From: the human T2T-CHM13v2.0 reference genome, Homo sapiens
Assembly: GCF_009914755.1 (NCBI RefSeq)
Contig: NC_060930.1
Reading direction: 5' to 3' (one strand)
DNA length: 64,000 nucleotides
Both the position numbers and the translations under genes were made by a program. Under the pieces are notes generated by a model. It saw nothing but the letters and a program-made list of their open reading frames with translations. It did not search any database and was not told where the DNA came from. Within the stretch, counting starts at the first letter, position 1. Each line of letters starts with the position of its first letter. Shown in pieces: positions 24,791 to 40,051 of this stretch.

Positions 24791-27500
24791 TTTTTTCCAG
24801 CAGTATTGTTATGTTTGGCCAATAAAAGGTGTACAACTTAATGTTTTAAATAGATACACATTGTGAAATAATCACCACTATGTACTTTGATGTATCCATC
24901 AACTCACAATTACCATTCTCTTTCTTTTTTTGAAATGACAATGCTTAGGATTGACCCTCTTAACAATTTGCAAGTATACAAAATAGCATTGATAACTATA
25001 GTCACAATCCCGTGCAGCAGATCTCTAGAATTTGTTCATCCTGCGTAACTGAAATGCTGTACCCTTGACCAACATCTTCCCGTTTGTCCCCTGCTTTACG
25101 CTCCTGGAAACCACCCTTCTACTCTCTGCTTTTGTGAGCTTGACTATTTAATGTTCCACACATAAGAGAGTTTACACAGCATTTGTCTTTCTGTATCTGG
25201 ATTTTTTCAAATATTGTGTTGAATAAGTCATTTTGTACCCACTTTGTTGAATATATTTATCATGAATGAATATTGAGTTTCGGCAAGTGCTTCTTCTGCA
25301 ACTATTGAGATGATCATGTCATTTTCTTTCATTCTGTTGATCTGGTATGCCACATTGATGGACTTTAATATGTTCAATCATCTTTGCATCCTTGGGATAA
25401 ATCCTTTTTCGTAATGGTGTATGATGCTTTTAATGTGCTGTTGCTTGCTTTGGTTTGCTAATATTTTTTATTAAGGATTTTCACATCCACGTATTTCGCT
25501 TTCTGCATGTTTAGCAGTTGTTTTATTTTTCTCTTCCTCTCTTGCTATCTTTCTTCAATATTTGATGATTTTTTGTAGATTTACTTTGATTATTTTTTAA
25601 CTATTTTGTATGTGTTGTGGACTTCTTTGTGGTTACCTCAAGGATTGCATAAAATATTATGTAGTTATATTCCATTATTTTAAGTTAATCACAACTTGAC
25701 TTCAATCAAATACAAAGCTCTACACTTTTACTTCCTCCCCAGGTAATTAGTGTTCTTGCTGTGAGAGTTTGCTTCTTTATATGTTGTTTATCCATTAACA
25801 AATTTTTATCTTTTAACTTTCATATTAGAGTTAAAAGTAATTTATACACCACTATTGCATGGTCATATTATTTTGTATTTCTCTATGTATTTCTTTTACT
25901 AATGAGGTTCATGATTTCATATGCTATTATATTTCTGTCTGGTGTATTTTCATTTTGATTTGAAGAACTCCCTTAAGTGTTTCTTGTAAGACATGTCTAG
26001 TGGTGATGAATTGCATCCGTGTTATGTTTCTGAAAAAGACTTTATCACTCCTTCGTTTTTAAATAATAGTTTTTCCAGGTATAGCAATCACAGTAAGCAG
26101 TTTTTCTAAATTATTATCATTATTTTAGTAGAGGCTGAGCATCCCTAATTTGAAAATCCAAAATTTGAAATGCTCCCAAATCTAAGACATTGTGAATACA
26201 GTATATTGGTTGACTTGATGATGTCCCATGAAGCCTGTAGCTTTTCCTCTCTTTTTATTATTTTTTAAATTTTCCCCTCTGACTAGATTATTTCCAAAGT
26301 CCTATATTCTAGTTCACTGATTCTTTCTTCTACCCAATTGAGTCTGCTATTGAACCTCTCTATTGCATTTTTCACTTCATTTATCACATTTTTCATATCC
26401 AGAATTTGTTTGGTTCTTTTGTGATTATTTCTACCCTTTTGTTGAACTTCTCATTTTGTTTATGGATTTTTTTTCTCATCTTATTGAGTGTTACAAATGT
26501 TTTCTCTCATTCTTCACTGAGATTCTTTGAAACAATTGTTTTGAAATTATTGTTAGGCAATTTGTAGATCTTCATTTCTTTGGAGTCAGTTTCTGGAAAT
26601 TTGTATTCCTTTGGTGGTGTCATATTTCCTTGAATTTTGTGTTTGTTGTTGTGCTGTGTTGGTGTCTGCACTTTTAAAGGAGTCATCACCTCTTACAGTG
26701 TTTACGTACTGGGTTCAGTGGAAAAATACCTTCATCTACTGGTGGATACAAGGTCACCAGCTGAGTTGGGTTAGTGTTAATGCCAGGTCCAAAGTCAGAT
26801 CCAGGAATGCACAGGGATGCTGGTCCCAGGGGCATATAAGAATGTCAGTTCCAGGCGCAAGTGTCCCTGCAGGTACCAGAGGATGCACAGCAGCACCAGT
26901 TCCAAGGTCAGGTGGGCAATGCAACATTTACAACTCCATGGGGGCACAGCAGTGAGTTCCAGTCTATGGGGGCCACTGGTGCAGCCCTATCTCTGGGGAG
27001 TGCAGTGGCAACTTCTGCACTGGGGAAGGGCAAAGGTGCAATCATGCTTCTGGATCCAAGGAAGCACAGTCGTGTCTCTTTCTCTGCAGGGCACAGTTTC
27101 ATGGACTCTGGAAATCTTCATTACCTGAGATCAGCATTAGCAAAAAGTGTTGGGGATCTTAGTGGCAAAGGCTGTGAGTGCCCATGGTGGTGTCAGTTGC
27201 TTCTGGGGTCCTCAGTGGTGAAGGCTGCTAGGGTCTTCTTGATCTTCCTTTTCCCACAGAGGAGAGTCATAATTGAGGGGATCCTTCTTGGCACTGAGCT
27301 GTGCCAGGTTTGAGGGATGGGTTACACAGACAAAATGTTTTTTATACTTTTCTATGTCACCATCCATGGTTTTTGTGCTCCACTGAGTTGAAACATATTC
27401 TTGATTATATACTGGAGTTCTTTCAGGGCTATTTGTTTCCATCGGCAGTTGTTAAATCATTGAATTTGTAAGGGAGTGAGGGCTGGGGCATTTTAGTCTG
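24791..27500 (-). mobile_element. L1MA/L1M fragments (3' UTR, ORF2, ORF1/5' UTR pieces)
   Basis: L1MA 3' end motifs (gcagatctctagaatttgttcatcctg; ccacccttctactctctgc); minus ORF 26507..26689 resembles an L1 ORF1 N-terminus (QGNMTPPKE...ETDSKEMKIYKLP). Confidence 0.85.
26129..26200 (+). mobile_element. Tigger4/MER46-like TcMar fragment
   Basis: gctgagcatccctaatttgaaaatccaaaatttgaaatgctcccaaatct. Confidence 0.75.
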
Positions 27501-28539
27501 GAATTTGCTAATATCAGGTTCTGGTAGCTCTCATTATTATTATTACAATTCTTGCTATAGGCATATCTACTTTTAAATTATAACTTCAGTCGTATTCCAA
27601 GCTTTCAAACATATGTGTAAACCAACTATAATTGGATGAAAAAAAAGCCAAGTAAAAATACAGGTAAAGTGCGTATACTCCAAGGAATTTACATTGTGAC
27701 ACTTATTTTGTGGCTCAGTGATCATGGGTCTCATGAAAATTATGTTTTGGATAGGAAAGATTGTCAGCTCTACTCTCTACTAGATGCAAAGGCCTTTTAT
27801 GAAATAGAAAATTTACCAAAATTTAGGCTCTTGGCTAAGTTATCCTTCAGATAACTGACATATTTCAATTTTGTTGCCTTTTTTCACTTATGTAGTGGTT
27901 TATGCCAAAAATGATATATTTAACTATATATGTAGTTGTTGAGGGTAATAATTAAGCAAAATAATAGCATTCATATTATATTAACAATAACAATAGTATT
28001 TGATAATGTTATGAGTAAAGTGGCAAATTAAAATCTACAAGAGCCCAAAGGGCATCATCATTTATCCCATGGAATATTATCTGAGGGATGGGACTATGGA
28101 GGCTTGAGGACTGGGCCAGAAATTTAGAGCAATATTCCTACTGCCTATGCATACTTAGTCACATTAGAGGAAGACACCCATATCAAAGACACAACTGTTC
28201 TCCCTCTTAAAACAATTCAAAGGTTTCAACTTATGTGGTACAAAAAGCAAAAAAATATCAGTTTGAAAATCCTGAAATGAATAACAATCATGATAGAAAA
28301 GACAGAGTCCTGACATGCTCTATGCCAAAAAAATAGGGAGTTCCTTGCCTCTGAAAAAAGCAGAGCTGGAAAGGCAGGATTAAATCATCTTCCACGTCTT
28401 TGGGTGCTTAGAAGTGAAATTTTTCATTAGGTGGAGTTGTTTGCAATAAACACACTACACTTCTTGCCTATAGAACAGTTGAAACTATCCATACATACAC
28501 AGTCAAGTTTTTTCACTAGGAGCCAAGAAAGCAATGGGG

Positions 28540-30550
28540 GGAAAAGAGGCCATTGGAAAATGGGATATTTATATAGAAAAAAATTTAAAAAGAAGCCTTG
28601 ACTTTTTACACATTATACTATAAAATCGATTCAAAATTGATCATAGTTATATAAAATTATAAAGGCATTGGAGCAATAATTTAACCTTCCACCTGATAAC
28701 AAGTAAAGGAAGAGAAAATTAAATTTAAAAGAAACAGTAATGGGATAAACATGTAAAAGCAGAAGTTAAAGAAATGAAAAGCAAATAATAAAAAAGGAAA
28801 ACAAAGAAGGACAATTTTTCATTAATTTCTGTTAAGATCAATAAAATTGACAAATATCTGTATAGACTGATTAGGAAAATAAGAGTAAGGATGCAAGACA
28901 CCAATATTAGGAATTACAGACGGAATACTGCTGCAGCCTGTATGAATATTAAAAATAGGAATATCATGGAAATCTTTAGGACAAGACATTCTACAGCTTA
29001 GATAAAATAGACACATTCCTTGACAAAGATAAGCTTTCAAATAGCTGATATCTATTAATAAATAGTCATATATCTATTAAAATTGTGTAAGTAGTTAAAC
29101 ATTTTCCCACCAAATAAAGTTCAAGCTAAGAAGTTGGTGAATTATATCAAATGCTTAAGGACAAAAATGCATTTATTTTACACATTCTTGGTTTTCCCAG
29201 AATAGAGAACAGGGGAATGCTTCTCAACTCATTTTATGAGACAAACATTACTCTGATTCTAAAATCAGATAAAGACATTACACAGAAACTTCAGGCCTAG
29301 ATCACTCATCACTGTAAAAGAAAAAGAGCCTTAATTGTATGTTAGCAAATTGAAGTCACTGATATATAAAATGGATAATATATTATATTCAAGGGAGTTT
29401 ATCACAGAAATGCAATCTTTGTTCAACATTCTAAAAAGCAATAAAGGCAAATCACCAAGTTTAAAGCATATAGGATAAAAATATGATGTGAATAGAGTAA
29501 GAGAGTACATCTGACAAAATTAAAAAAAATTTTATATAAAATAAAAGCTCTGTAAGATAAAAAATAAAAGGAAACATCTTTAACCTGATAAAAGTCATCT
29601 ACAGAAACCTATATGAAACATCATACTAAGGAGTAAAGACTGAATTATTTTTTTTTCTATTTTATACAAGGCAAGATGTCTATGTTCACACTTCTATACA
29701 ACATTGTACTAGAGGTCTTAATCAGTGTGATATGAAAAGAAAAATCCTTAGAGTTACAGGTTACAAAAGAAGTTAGCTCTTTATTGACCACTGTTACGTA
29801 CATATGTGTAGAATATCCTACCAAACCCATAAACGGCTATAGTCAGCTATAAACAGCTATAAATGCATATCTAGCAGAATCGTGTTATAAGATCAATATA
29901 CAAAACTCAAATGTATTTCCGTATACTAAAAATAATATGGAATTGAATTGAAGATAATTTATCATAACTTCAAAAATTAATACATATTAGAATGTATTGA
30001 CCAAAATTTAATTAGTTGTATATAATGAAAATTTAAAACATTGGTATGAGAAATTAAAAGAATTTAGTACATGCAAAATATATTGTATTTATGTATGGAA
30101 GATTCAAAATTGTTATGATGTAATTTATCACCAAATAGATGTAAATATTAAATGTAATCTTAATCAAAACCCCAACAAGCAATTTTTTGGTAAAGAAATT
30201 ATTAGGCTTGATACAAAATGTATGAAAAAACAATCTTTAAGAAAACAACAAAATTTGAGGACTTCCAGTGCTTGACTTAAAGACTTATATTAAGCTATAG
30301 TAATGAAGATAATGTTATATTGAAGAATAGACAAGCAATCCAATGGAAAAAAAAATAGTGAGTTCAGAAATAGAACTAAATGTAAAGGGTCAATTAATTT
30401 TGATGAAAAGAGTGCCCAGAAGCTGCCCTAAATAGACATGATCAAGTTATTTCACCCAAAGTGATTAAAGGGGAAAGAAGCTAAGGTAAATTAATGGGGA
30501 AAAGAATAGGCTTTCAACAGGTGGTCCTTGAAAACTGGACTATACTTTTG
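28540..30550 (+). mobile_element. Old L1M ORF2 remnant
   Basis: caactcattttatgagac...aaagacatt; caacattgtactagaggtct; aagatcaatatacaaaactca. Confidence 0.85.
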
Positions 30551-30569
30551 GTTGTATATGTTTACATTT

Positions 30570-30990
30570 ATTTATTTACTTATTTATTTACTTATTTATA
30601 CATTAGTAATTTCAGCTATTGTTTTAGATTCAGAGGGTATGTGTGTAGGTTTGTGATACGGGTGAATTGCATGTCACTGCGGTTTGATGAACAAATAATT
30701 TCGACACACAGGGAGTGAGCATACTACCCAATACTTAGTTTTTGACTCTTATCCTCCTCCTACCCTCTGCCCTCAAGGAGGCCCAGGTGTCTCTTGTTCC
30801 CTCTTTTGTGTCCATGTGTACTCAACGTTTGCTTCCCATTTATAAGTGAGAACATGCGGTATTTGGCTTTGTGTTCCTGTGTTTATTTGCCTGGATAATG
30901 GCATCCATGTTGCTGCAAAGGACATGATTTCACTCTTTTATATGTGGTGTACATGTACCACGTTTTCTTTATCTAATCCACCACTGATGA
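30570..30990 (-). mobile_element. Primate L1 3' end (old L1PA/L1PB)
   Basis: tagattcagagggt...tgtgtccatgtgtactca...ataagtgagaacatgcggtatttgg. Confidence 0.9.
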
Positions 30991-32867
30991 AGATTACCTG
31001 GCAAAAACAAACTTTTAGGGAAATGGAAATGTTCTGTATCTTCATTGTGGCAGTGGTTCTATGGGTCTATACAGTTGTCAACACTCAGTGAATTGTTCAA
31101 GTATAATGGGCATATGCACACACATATACATTTACAAATACACACACATATTCAATAAAGTTGATTAAAAATAAAGATGGAAGAACAATTTAAATTTGCC
31201 ACTGAGTAGCTCTCATCCTGCTTCCTAACAATAAAGGTTTGAAGGCCCAGATCTCTCTTTTTATTACAAACAATCTCTGTCCCTTTTAGTCCAAGCTAGT
31301 TGTGGAGTTGTCTTTCATACAACATTTATAAAACCTTTGTGAGTTTCCTATGAATCTGATCAGAATTCATATAATGTCTCAAAGCCAGACCCATAATTCT
31401 TTTTGGAGTAGGTCCTTTCATGCTCTGGTCCTTGCGGGAGACAATTGCGGACAAGGCACCAATGATTCCTGAAAGCCGTTTTATAACTCTAGCTGAAAGA
31501 GGCTTCTTATCACTGTTGTCAATCTTTGAGTCCTTTAACATGTATCTTACAGCTACAACCTTATTTCAGCTGTACCTTGATGTCTTCTTCTACTTAGACA
31601 ACCTTCTAAGCATAAGAATATTTTTAAATTTAATTCTCCAACCAAATCACCCTAAGTCTTCTCTGTTACTCTAATTTACTTACCAAGTGAACACCACTGA
31701 GGAAAGGATGTTTCAAGCAAACCCAGTCAAGAATCTCAAAGGAGTCATAGGCATCAGTGTAAATCTCCAAGGAGAAAGTAGAAATTTATTTGCACAACTG
31801 TCCTGACTTACCATAGAATCACTGCCTTTTTCTGTAACTCTTTAACAAGAAGGATAACTCTTAAACTATTAAATAGAGTGTACAATTTTTCTTATAAAAA
31901 TATGTTTTTATATAGGAAGATGACCTAGGCCAGTTCAGACAGAGAAGATTAAGAGAAAAAAAAAACATTTAGAACAAAATATACTTTAGACTCCAGGTAC
32001 ATGAACCTCTTTGGGGCATTTTTGATCCCTTAATTCGATCCCCTTTTCTGACACTACCTCCTCTCCCTGTTACCTTCCATCCACCACATATTTTCATGCA
32101 GTAACAGGGATTATTTTACTAATAGAAGGGGGATTTTCTGACAAAAGTGAAAATAACGTAACACGGGGGTTTTCTTGGTGAAAGAGTACCGACAATACTT
32201 TTATCTTTCTACCTACATGGTTTAGAAGTTATGTTCTGTATAATTTCAAAACATTTTGTAATATGGAAATCAGTAAATCATTTGACTGAGAAATTAAAAA
32301 TTAAATGTGGTAAAAAAAAGAATTCATATACTAGAAAGTCATTCTCTACTTAATCTCTATTTTTTAATTAGTGCATTAAAAGTATGACAAAAGTACCAAT
32401 TAAGCAATGGCAAACCAAATCACATAATAAGGACAGGAAGAATGAGGACTAGTTATTAATCTGGTTATACTACTGTATGAGTGTGGAATATGGTGAGGGT
32501 AAAAGGAAATGGCTTGGTGGAGAGGAATAACATAATAATGAAAGTACTTGAGAGTAGGAGAGATAAATAAAGGAAGGAACACTGTAACTTCCTCTTTGAC
32601 TCTGTACCTCTTTTTTGTTTGTCCACTCTTTTTTTTTTTTTCCTTTCCTTCCTTGCAGGGAGAAGGTCACCGTGATGTGATGGAAAGGCAGAAATCAATG
32701 GTGGCTGGCTCCTCAGTGATATGAGTCAATCCATCAGACAGACTGGTGGCAGTCACCCAGCCTTCACAGCTACCACCCCCATGCTGGCAAATGTCACATT
32801 TGGAATTCATTTGCATAGCTGGGTAGCACTCCCTGCGGAGTTACATTGAACAATTTTGCAGCTGTGA

Positions 32868-33287
<420 letters not shown>

Positions 33288-33307
33288 ATCAGTTACACTG
33301 CATTTCT

Positions 33308-33599
33308 TTTTTCTTTTCTTTTTCTTTCTTTTTTTTTTTTTTTTTTTTTTTGAGACAGAGTCTCGCTCTGTCGTCCAGGTTGCAGTGCAGTGGCGCAATC
33401 TCGGCTCACTGCAAGCTCCGCCTCCCAGGTTCACGCCATTCTCCTGCCTCAGCCTCCTAGTAGCTGGGACTACAGGGGCCCGCCACCACGCACGGCTAAT
33501 TTTTGTATTTTTAGTAGAGAAGGGGTTTCACTGTGTTAGCCAGGATGGTGTCGATCTCCTGACTTCGTGATCCGCCCGCCTCGGCCTCCCAAAGTGCTG
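33308..33599 (-). mobile_element. AluY, slightly 5'-truncated
   Basis: gcaagctccgcc, ttcacgccattctcc, gttagccaggatgg diagnostics; long T tract; TSD copy at 33600-33615. Confidence 0.93.
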
Positions 33600-34064
33600 G
33601 TTACCCTGCATTTCTAATTCAACCTTCCTTGCCTCTAGTTTCTGCATTCACCTCTGACTATATTTCTCTGCTTTGCTGTATTGATTGGAAAGGATAGTAC
33701 TGTTGGGTTCATTAATAGGTACATTGCCTTTTCCCTGTAGGGGAATAAAGACTTAAGTAACTTTCCTGAATTTCAGCAATACGGTTAAATTTTTTTTATG
33801 TCTATGTTAAATATTTTCTTCTATTTACAGTATCTTTCACCTCTCTCTCCCTTGCCCCATCCCTCTCTCCCTCCCTCCTTCCCTTTCTCTTTCTCTTTCC
33901 TTCCATTTTCTTTCTCTCTTTGCACATATACACAACCACATATGTACATACATACACTTACACAGACAGAGGCATGTGGGGGTAATGCATCATGGAATTG
34001 AGGCCTTTGATTAATTAATTAAAATTTTTACTTATAGAAAGAGTAAGCAGTAATACAGTTAGAC

Positions 34065-35680
34065 GTGTATTTATTTAATTTTTAAAAATTTATTATTGAA
34101 GTACAGCTTATATACTTTTCAATGTAAAGATCCTAAGTATGGTGTCTAATAAGTTTGCCAAGTGTATTCACCCATGTTACCTACACTCCTGTAAAATTTT
34201 ACATTATTTTCATCACCCTAGAAAGTTCCTGCATAAGCTTTTCTAATTACTTCACCTAATTCTCATAGCCACCGCTGTCATTTCTGTCACCACAGAAGAG
34301 TCTTTCCTATTCCTGCATAAATAAAATGTAGGATAAATGTAAATTGAATGTATACAATATGTACTCTATCTACCTGTTTTTCCACTACTCTCAGCAAAAG
34401 TTAACTCTCAAAATTGTCCATGATGAGCCTCTGGCAATTTGTCAACTGCAGTTTAGGTTTTCCTACCCCCAGTACCGATCCCCACAGTTTTCGTTCCTGG
34501 TGTTCTGCTCCAGGAACCTGTGATTCTCTGCATCCACCTGTCTTCGTCTTCAATATTTCGGTCGGTGTTTCACTTTGTGACCTCACATATCCTCACCTGA
34601 CGGATCTAAGAAGAGTCGTCAATTTTTAGTGGGTTTTGTTTTCAACTTTTTCTTGTTGTGAAGTTGCAGTGACAACTTTCAAGCTCCTTACATTCCAGAC
34701 CAGAAACCAGAAATCTCTCAGTATTATTTCAATCATTTACATTATTGACTTAGTTTATTGCTTCTTTAGGGTTTTATTTTTTCTTTATTTTGAAGCTTTA
34801 TAATTAGATATATACATGATTATTGTTTATATGCTTTCCTGACGAATTGGCAATTTTATGATATTAAAATGGCCCCCTTCGTTTCTGATGATGTTTTTAC
34901 CTAGAGTTATAATTGTCTGAGATTCATTATAGCTGCCCCAATTTTCTTAGGCTTAATACTTTCATATCATATGATTTTTCACCCTTTTACTTTAAACCTT
35001 CTAATGTCTTATATTTGAAGAATGCATCTGATAAATGACACATTTGTGTTTGGTTGGTTTTGTTTGTTTTAATTTTTTTCTCCATTTTCACCCAGGCTAA
35101 AAAAAATATGCGTTTTATTCAGGCTATTTAGTCCATTTATGTTTAATGCAATTATTGGTTATATTACCCATTCTCTTTAGATAAATTGAGAATTGTTCTG
35201 ATATCATTTCTAATATTCTCTATTTGCTTTAGTTTCACCTCTTTGTGTTATATTTTTAATAGTTGTCTTAAAGATTACAATACACATATTTAACTGATTA
35301 TAGTTGATCATTCTAATAGTTACTTATCTTTAACTTCCTTTCACCAGATAATTTGGGCTTTTATCTGGTATATTTTACCAGATAAAATATACCAGATGTA
35401 TATTTTACTTCTACAAACATCATAAGCCATATCATACGTTACTATTTTCATTTTATTTTGCCTGCAGTTCTGGGTTTTTATCTGGTATAATTTTCCCTCT
35501 CCCTGAATAACTTCTTTCAGTATTTCTTGTATGCAGTCCATTTGGGGACACATCTCCTCAATGTTCAGTTACCTGAAATTGTCTTTCTTTAACTTTCTTT
35601 TTTCAAAGATGTAGATTCCCATACTATTTTCTCTTTCTTTAAGCACTTTAAAATATATTTTTACAGTTTCTTCTGGATGA
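34065..35680 (-). mobile_element. Old L1M fragments
   Basis: antisense 3' end (attttcatcaccctagaaagttcc) and ORF1/ORF2 boundary motifs (acccttttactttaaacct). Confidence 0.7.
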
Positions 35681-37118
35681 AGTTCCCACAACAAATATGA
35701 ATGTATATGTAATAAAATGCTTATAAAATAATGGATAATACATTAGCCTAACCATATCTGAGGAATATTTTTAAATTTCTGTTAATATAGTATGGAGTAA
35801 AAACCATAGCTAAGTAATCATATACTTCTATACTCACACTTCAGTTGTTGCTTTTTTAAGTTGAGCTATATTTTTAGTTTATTTTTAACTTGAACTTTGT
35901 AGAAATAATGGGCTTCTTGTCATGCTTTTACCATTTTCCTCTTTATGTCTTTTATAAGAATAAATAGAAAGATAAAAGGCTTTTTCACACAGAGCACTGT
36001 AGGTTTGACTGTTACATTTATCATTAAGTTGTAATTTTAAGTGGTTATTCTTTTCAAAAACTAATCATAAACTGAATTATTTCTCAGTGAAATTTATCTT
36101 TACATAAACAAAATAATGTATTACACATTATGCATATTTTAAAAAAATAAGTAATGCAAAGCCATATGCCTTTATTATTTTAGAGTATGTTCACATGATA
36201 CAGGAACATTGGGTAAAGACAGTAAGCTTTTCTCATTAAAAAGGAACCTGGGAAAACATGTATTAGTTTATTGCTTTGGGAAAACTGGGCTGGAGACAAA
36301 GTGAAAACCTTAACAATTTTTTTCTCTTTCCCATCTGTACTTCAATGCTCTTCATTAAACCTTGTTGCTACAACTCTATGAATTACATATCACGTTTATT
36401 GACTTTTCAAAAGCTAGCATGATCCCTTCTCAAATAAACAATGTGAGTTTGTTAACTTTATATTATTATAGGCCAAGTGTCAGTTAGAACATCAGTATCA
36501 GAGAGATTTTCATGAATCAAGTTTCACTAAACTTTCTAGATTAGTCTGGATAATCTGTTGCTTACAAATAAATGTATAGTTTCATTGATATTGAAGGTGT
36601 GTGGTGAGCATGCTAGCAGTAGTAGTGGTTAAATAAAGCTGATGTAAAAAATATAAACGAGAGGGTTTTGCATTTTTTGGCATGCATGTAAGTAGATGCA
36701 TAAGTGAGAGTATTCAGGACCCACTTGAGGAGAATATTTTACTCTTTTGATGATTCCTACTAAACATCAAAATTCCAGCATTACCCCTATTTTATCATGA
36801 TTCAGATAGCTTTCAGAATAAATGCAAATAGGTCTTTCTCTAGTTACATGTCCAGGCCACCTTGCACGCAAGATGCAATCTGCTTATGCAGGTCAAGAGA
36901 AAAGCAGAACATTTGAGGATTGGCACCAGCAGAAACCTCCCTGGTACGTATTTTTTGATATTACATGACAAATTTTTGGTGAATTTTCCTAATTGCATTT
37001 GTATATAATCAAGAGTGGCTAAAACTAGGAAAAACATGAATTTCTAGATAAACTAATACAAGAGAATTTAATACGAAAAGTATCGAAATGGTCCTACTAA
37101 ACACTCCTAAATGGTTAT

Positions 37119-37482
37119 TCTTATGTTTTGAACATTTGTGTCCCTCTAAAATTTATATGCTGAAACCTAATCACCAGTGTGATGATATTGGGAGGTGGGG
37201 TCACTGGGAGATGATTAGGTTGTGAGGGTGAAAGCATCATGAATGGGATTAGTGCCCTTATTTTTAAAAGGTCCTAGAGAGCTGCCTTGGCCCTTCCACC
37301 ATGTGAGGACACAGCAAGAACACACCATCTATGAACCCAAAAGTAGGTTCTTCCAGACATAGAGGTTGTCAGTGCCTTGATCTTGGACTTCACAGATTCC
37401 AAATCTATGAGCAATAAATTTCTGTATTCATAAGCTACTCAGTTTAGGCATTTTGTTACAGCAGCCCAAATAGTCTGAGACA
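37119..37482 (+). mobile_element. MLT1A0-like MaLR solo LTR
   Basis: catgaatgggattagtgccctta...ccttgatcttggacttc...ttgttacagcagcccaaa...gaca; near-TSD gttat/tttat. Confidence 0.92.
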
Positions 37483-38529
37483 TTTATAAATTCCACTTAA
37501 GTTTTTCCAAGTTGAGATTTTCTCTTTTGATTTAGTACATCATGTATTGACTATTTTTTATACCACTTGACCTCTTATTACTTAATTTTTACATATTATG
37601 TCATATATTCATTATGCAAACCTTGAGGATTAGGTACTGAGATTAGTCTTATTATATAGAATAACAGAAGCAATATATCAAATGAGTAATCTAAGATTCC
37701 AGAAGAAATTAAGGTAGTGTTGAAAAGAGGAAGAGAGAACTGTAACTCCTATTACTGCATGCATTAGACAATGTAGTATGCTGTTTTCTAAAAATTATCT
37801 TATTTTCTTTAATTCTCATAATAAATCATTGAGTAAATATTATATCTATCCCGCAGATGAGAATAACAAGATTTGCTGAATATCATATAAGCAATTGGTG
37901 AAAATTGCACCATCATTAGGGACAAAGAAGAGGAAACTTTTCTTCTGAGGGCTCCACTATTGTCCTTCGGTGACCACAGCTCTGTCCACTGTCCATAAGT
38001 CTTGGGTAGCAAGAGAATTTTTTTTTAGGGTCATTACACTGTAGTCCATGTTCCAGGTACCCAGGACCACAGTGTTCCCTGCCCAAAGGACCACAGCCTA
38101 ATTCTTTGGCCAGTATGGGCTTTTTCCTTCTCCTAAGGGTGGTCCATATTATGCATGTTTTTCACCTCAGTTCTATGGGTGCTTGACTCTTCAGTGGGTT
38201 CAGCTTGGTTGTACAGGTGGGCGTTTCCATGTGCATGCACGCAATGCTCCTTATGGTGCAGCTGAAAGTTGGAAATAAGATGAGTTGGGGTTAAACCACT
38301 AACTTGGGGAAAATCTCTGAGGACTCTCAATTTTACTCTAGACTTCAGGTTGTTAGGAAGATATATTTATTAAGATAGCAGGATAGAGAATATTTTATGT
38401 AACATTCTGGTGGCTTGATTTGTAATCTTGTAATAATTATATATATATATATGTAATCTTTATTAAAAGATTACAAATATATATATTATATATGAACTTT
38501 GTGGATCTCAGAAATGGTAGGGGCTTGAA

Positions 38530-40051
38530 TGAAAAAACTGCCAATCAAGAATACTATATACAACAAAGCCATCCTTTGGAAATGAAAAGAAATAAAGTCT
38601 TTCTCAGGCAAGCAAAATCTGGGGGAACTGTCACCATGAGACCAGTCCTACAAGATATGCTAAAGGAAGTAGTACATTTGGGTGCCAAAGTACACAATCT
38701 ATGACACGAAAACACACAAAAGTATACAACTCACTGCTAGAGCAAATATAAAAATGAGAAAGAGAAAGGAATAAGTTATTACTGCAGAAAGCCACCATAT
38801 AGCAAAGATAAATAATAAGAAAGGAAGATAAGAATGAAGAATATACAGAAAGAAATTGGAAACTAACAAAATGACAGGATTAAGTCCTCACCTATCAATA
38901 ACAACCTTGAACGTAAATGGTTTAAATTCCCTAATTAAAAGATATAGACTGGCTGAACAGCTGACAAAACAAGACCCAACTATATGCTGCCTACAAAAAA
39001 CTTATCTTACCTGTGAAGACACACAAGGTGAAAGTGAAGGTACGGAAAAAGATATTCCATGCAAATGGAAAACAAAAGAGTGCAGAAGTAGCTATCCTTA
39101 TATTAGACAAAATAGATTTTAAGTAAAAAAATAGAGACAAAGACAATTATTTTATACTAATAAAGGGATTAATTCAGCAAGAATATAAGAATTGTAAATA
39201 TGTATGCACTCAACCACAGAGCACTAAGATATATACAGCAAATATTATTAGAGCTAAAGAGAGAGATAAACCATAATACAATGATAGCTGGACACTTTAG
39301 CACCCCACTTTCAGCATTGAACAGATCATCTAGATAGAAAATTCATAAAGAAATATAAGACTTAAACTGCACTATAGACTAAATGGACCTAACAAACATT
39401 TACAGAACATTTCATCCAATAGCTGAAGAGTGCACATTCTTCTCATCAGCACATGGAAAATTGTCCAGGATAAATAATATTTTAGGATACAAAACAAATC
39501 TCAACACATATAAAAAAATCAAAATCTTATCAAATACCTTTTTAGGCCACAAGGGAATGAAATCAGAAATCAATAACAAAAAGAGCTCTAGAAACTGTAC
39601 ACATATGTGGGAATTAAACAACATGCTTCTGAACAATCAATGGGTTCATAAAAAATAATTGAGAAGGGAATCAAAAAATTTCTTGAAACAAATGAAAATG
39701 GGAACACAACATACCAAAAGAGATATAGCAAAATCAGTACTAGGAGTAAAGTTTATAGCAATAATCCCCTATATAAAAAACTAGAAAATTTGAAATAACC
39801 TAATAATGCACATAAAAAACTAGAAAATCAAGAACAAACCAAACCCAAAAATTAATAAAAGGAAACAAATAGTAACGATCAGAGCAGAACAAAACAAAAC
39901 AGAGATGAGAAAAACAATACAAAAGAACAAAAGATCAACAAAACAGAAGGTTTGCATTTTATAAGTTAAAAATCACCAAAGCATTAGCTAGATCAAGAAA
40001 AAGAGAAAAGATAAAAATAAATAAAACAGAAATGAAAAAGGAAGGATTACC
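38530..40051 (+). mobile_element. L1 (L1PB/L1MA) ORF1 end plus ORF2 endonuclease region, disrupted
   Basis: ORF 38856..39122 MTGLSPHLSITTLNVNGLNS...QDPTICCLQ is the L1 ORF2p endonuclease N-terminus; ORF 39383..39658 MDLTNIYRTFHP...FFSSAHG. Confidence 0.95.

Noticed and set aside
26611-27313. Overlapping 103-150 aa ORFs in a GC-richer patch
   Set aside because: Lies in the antisense 5' UTR region of an old L1M; no recognisable protein motif.
38856-39658. L1 ORF2 endonuclease as a functional CDS
   Set aside because: Multiple frameshifts and stops; element ends at ~40050 before the RT domain.
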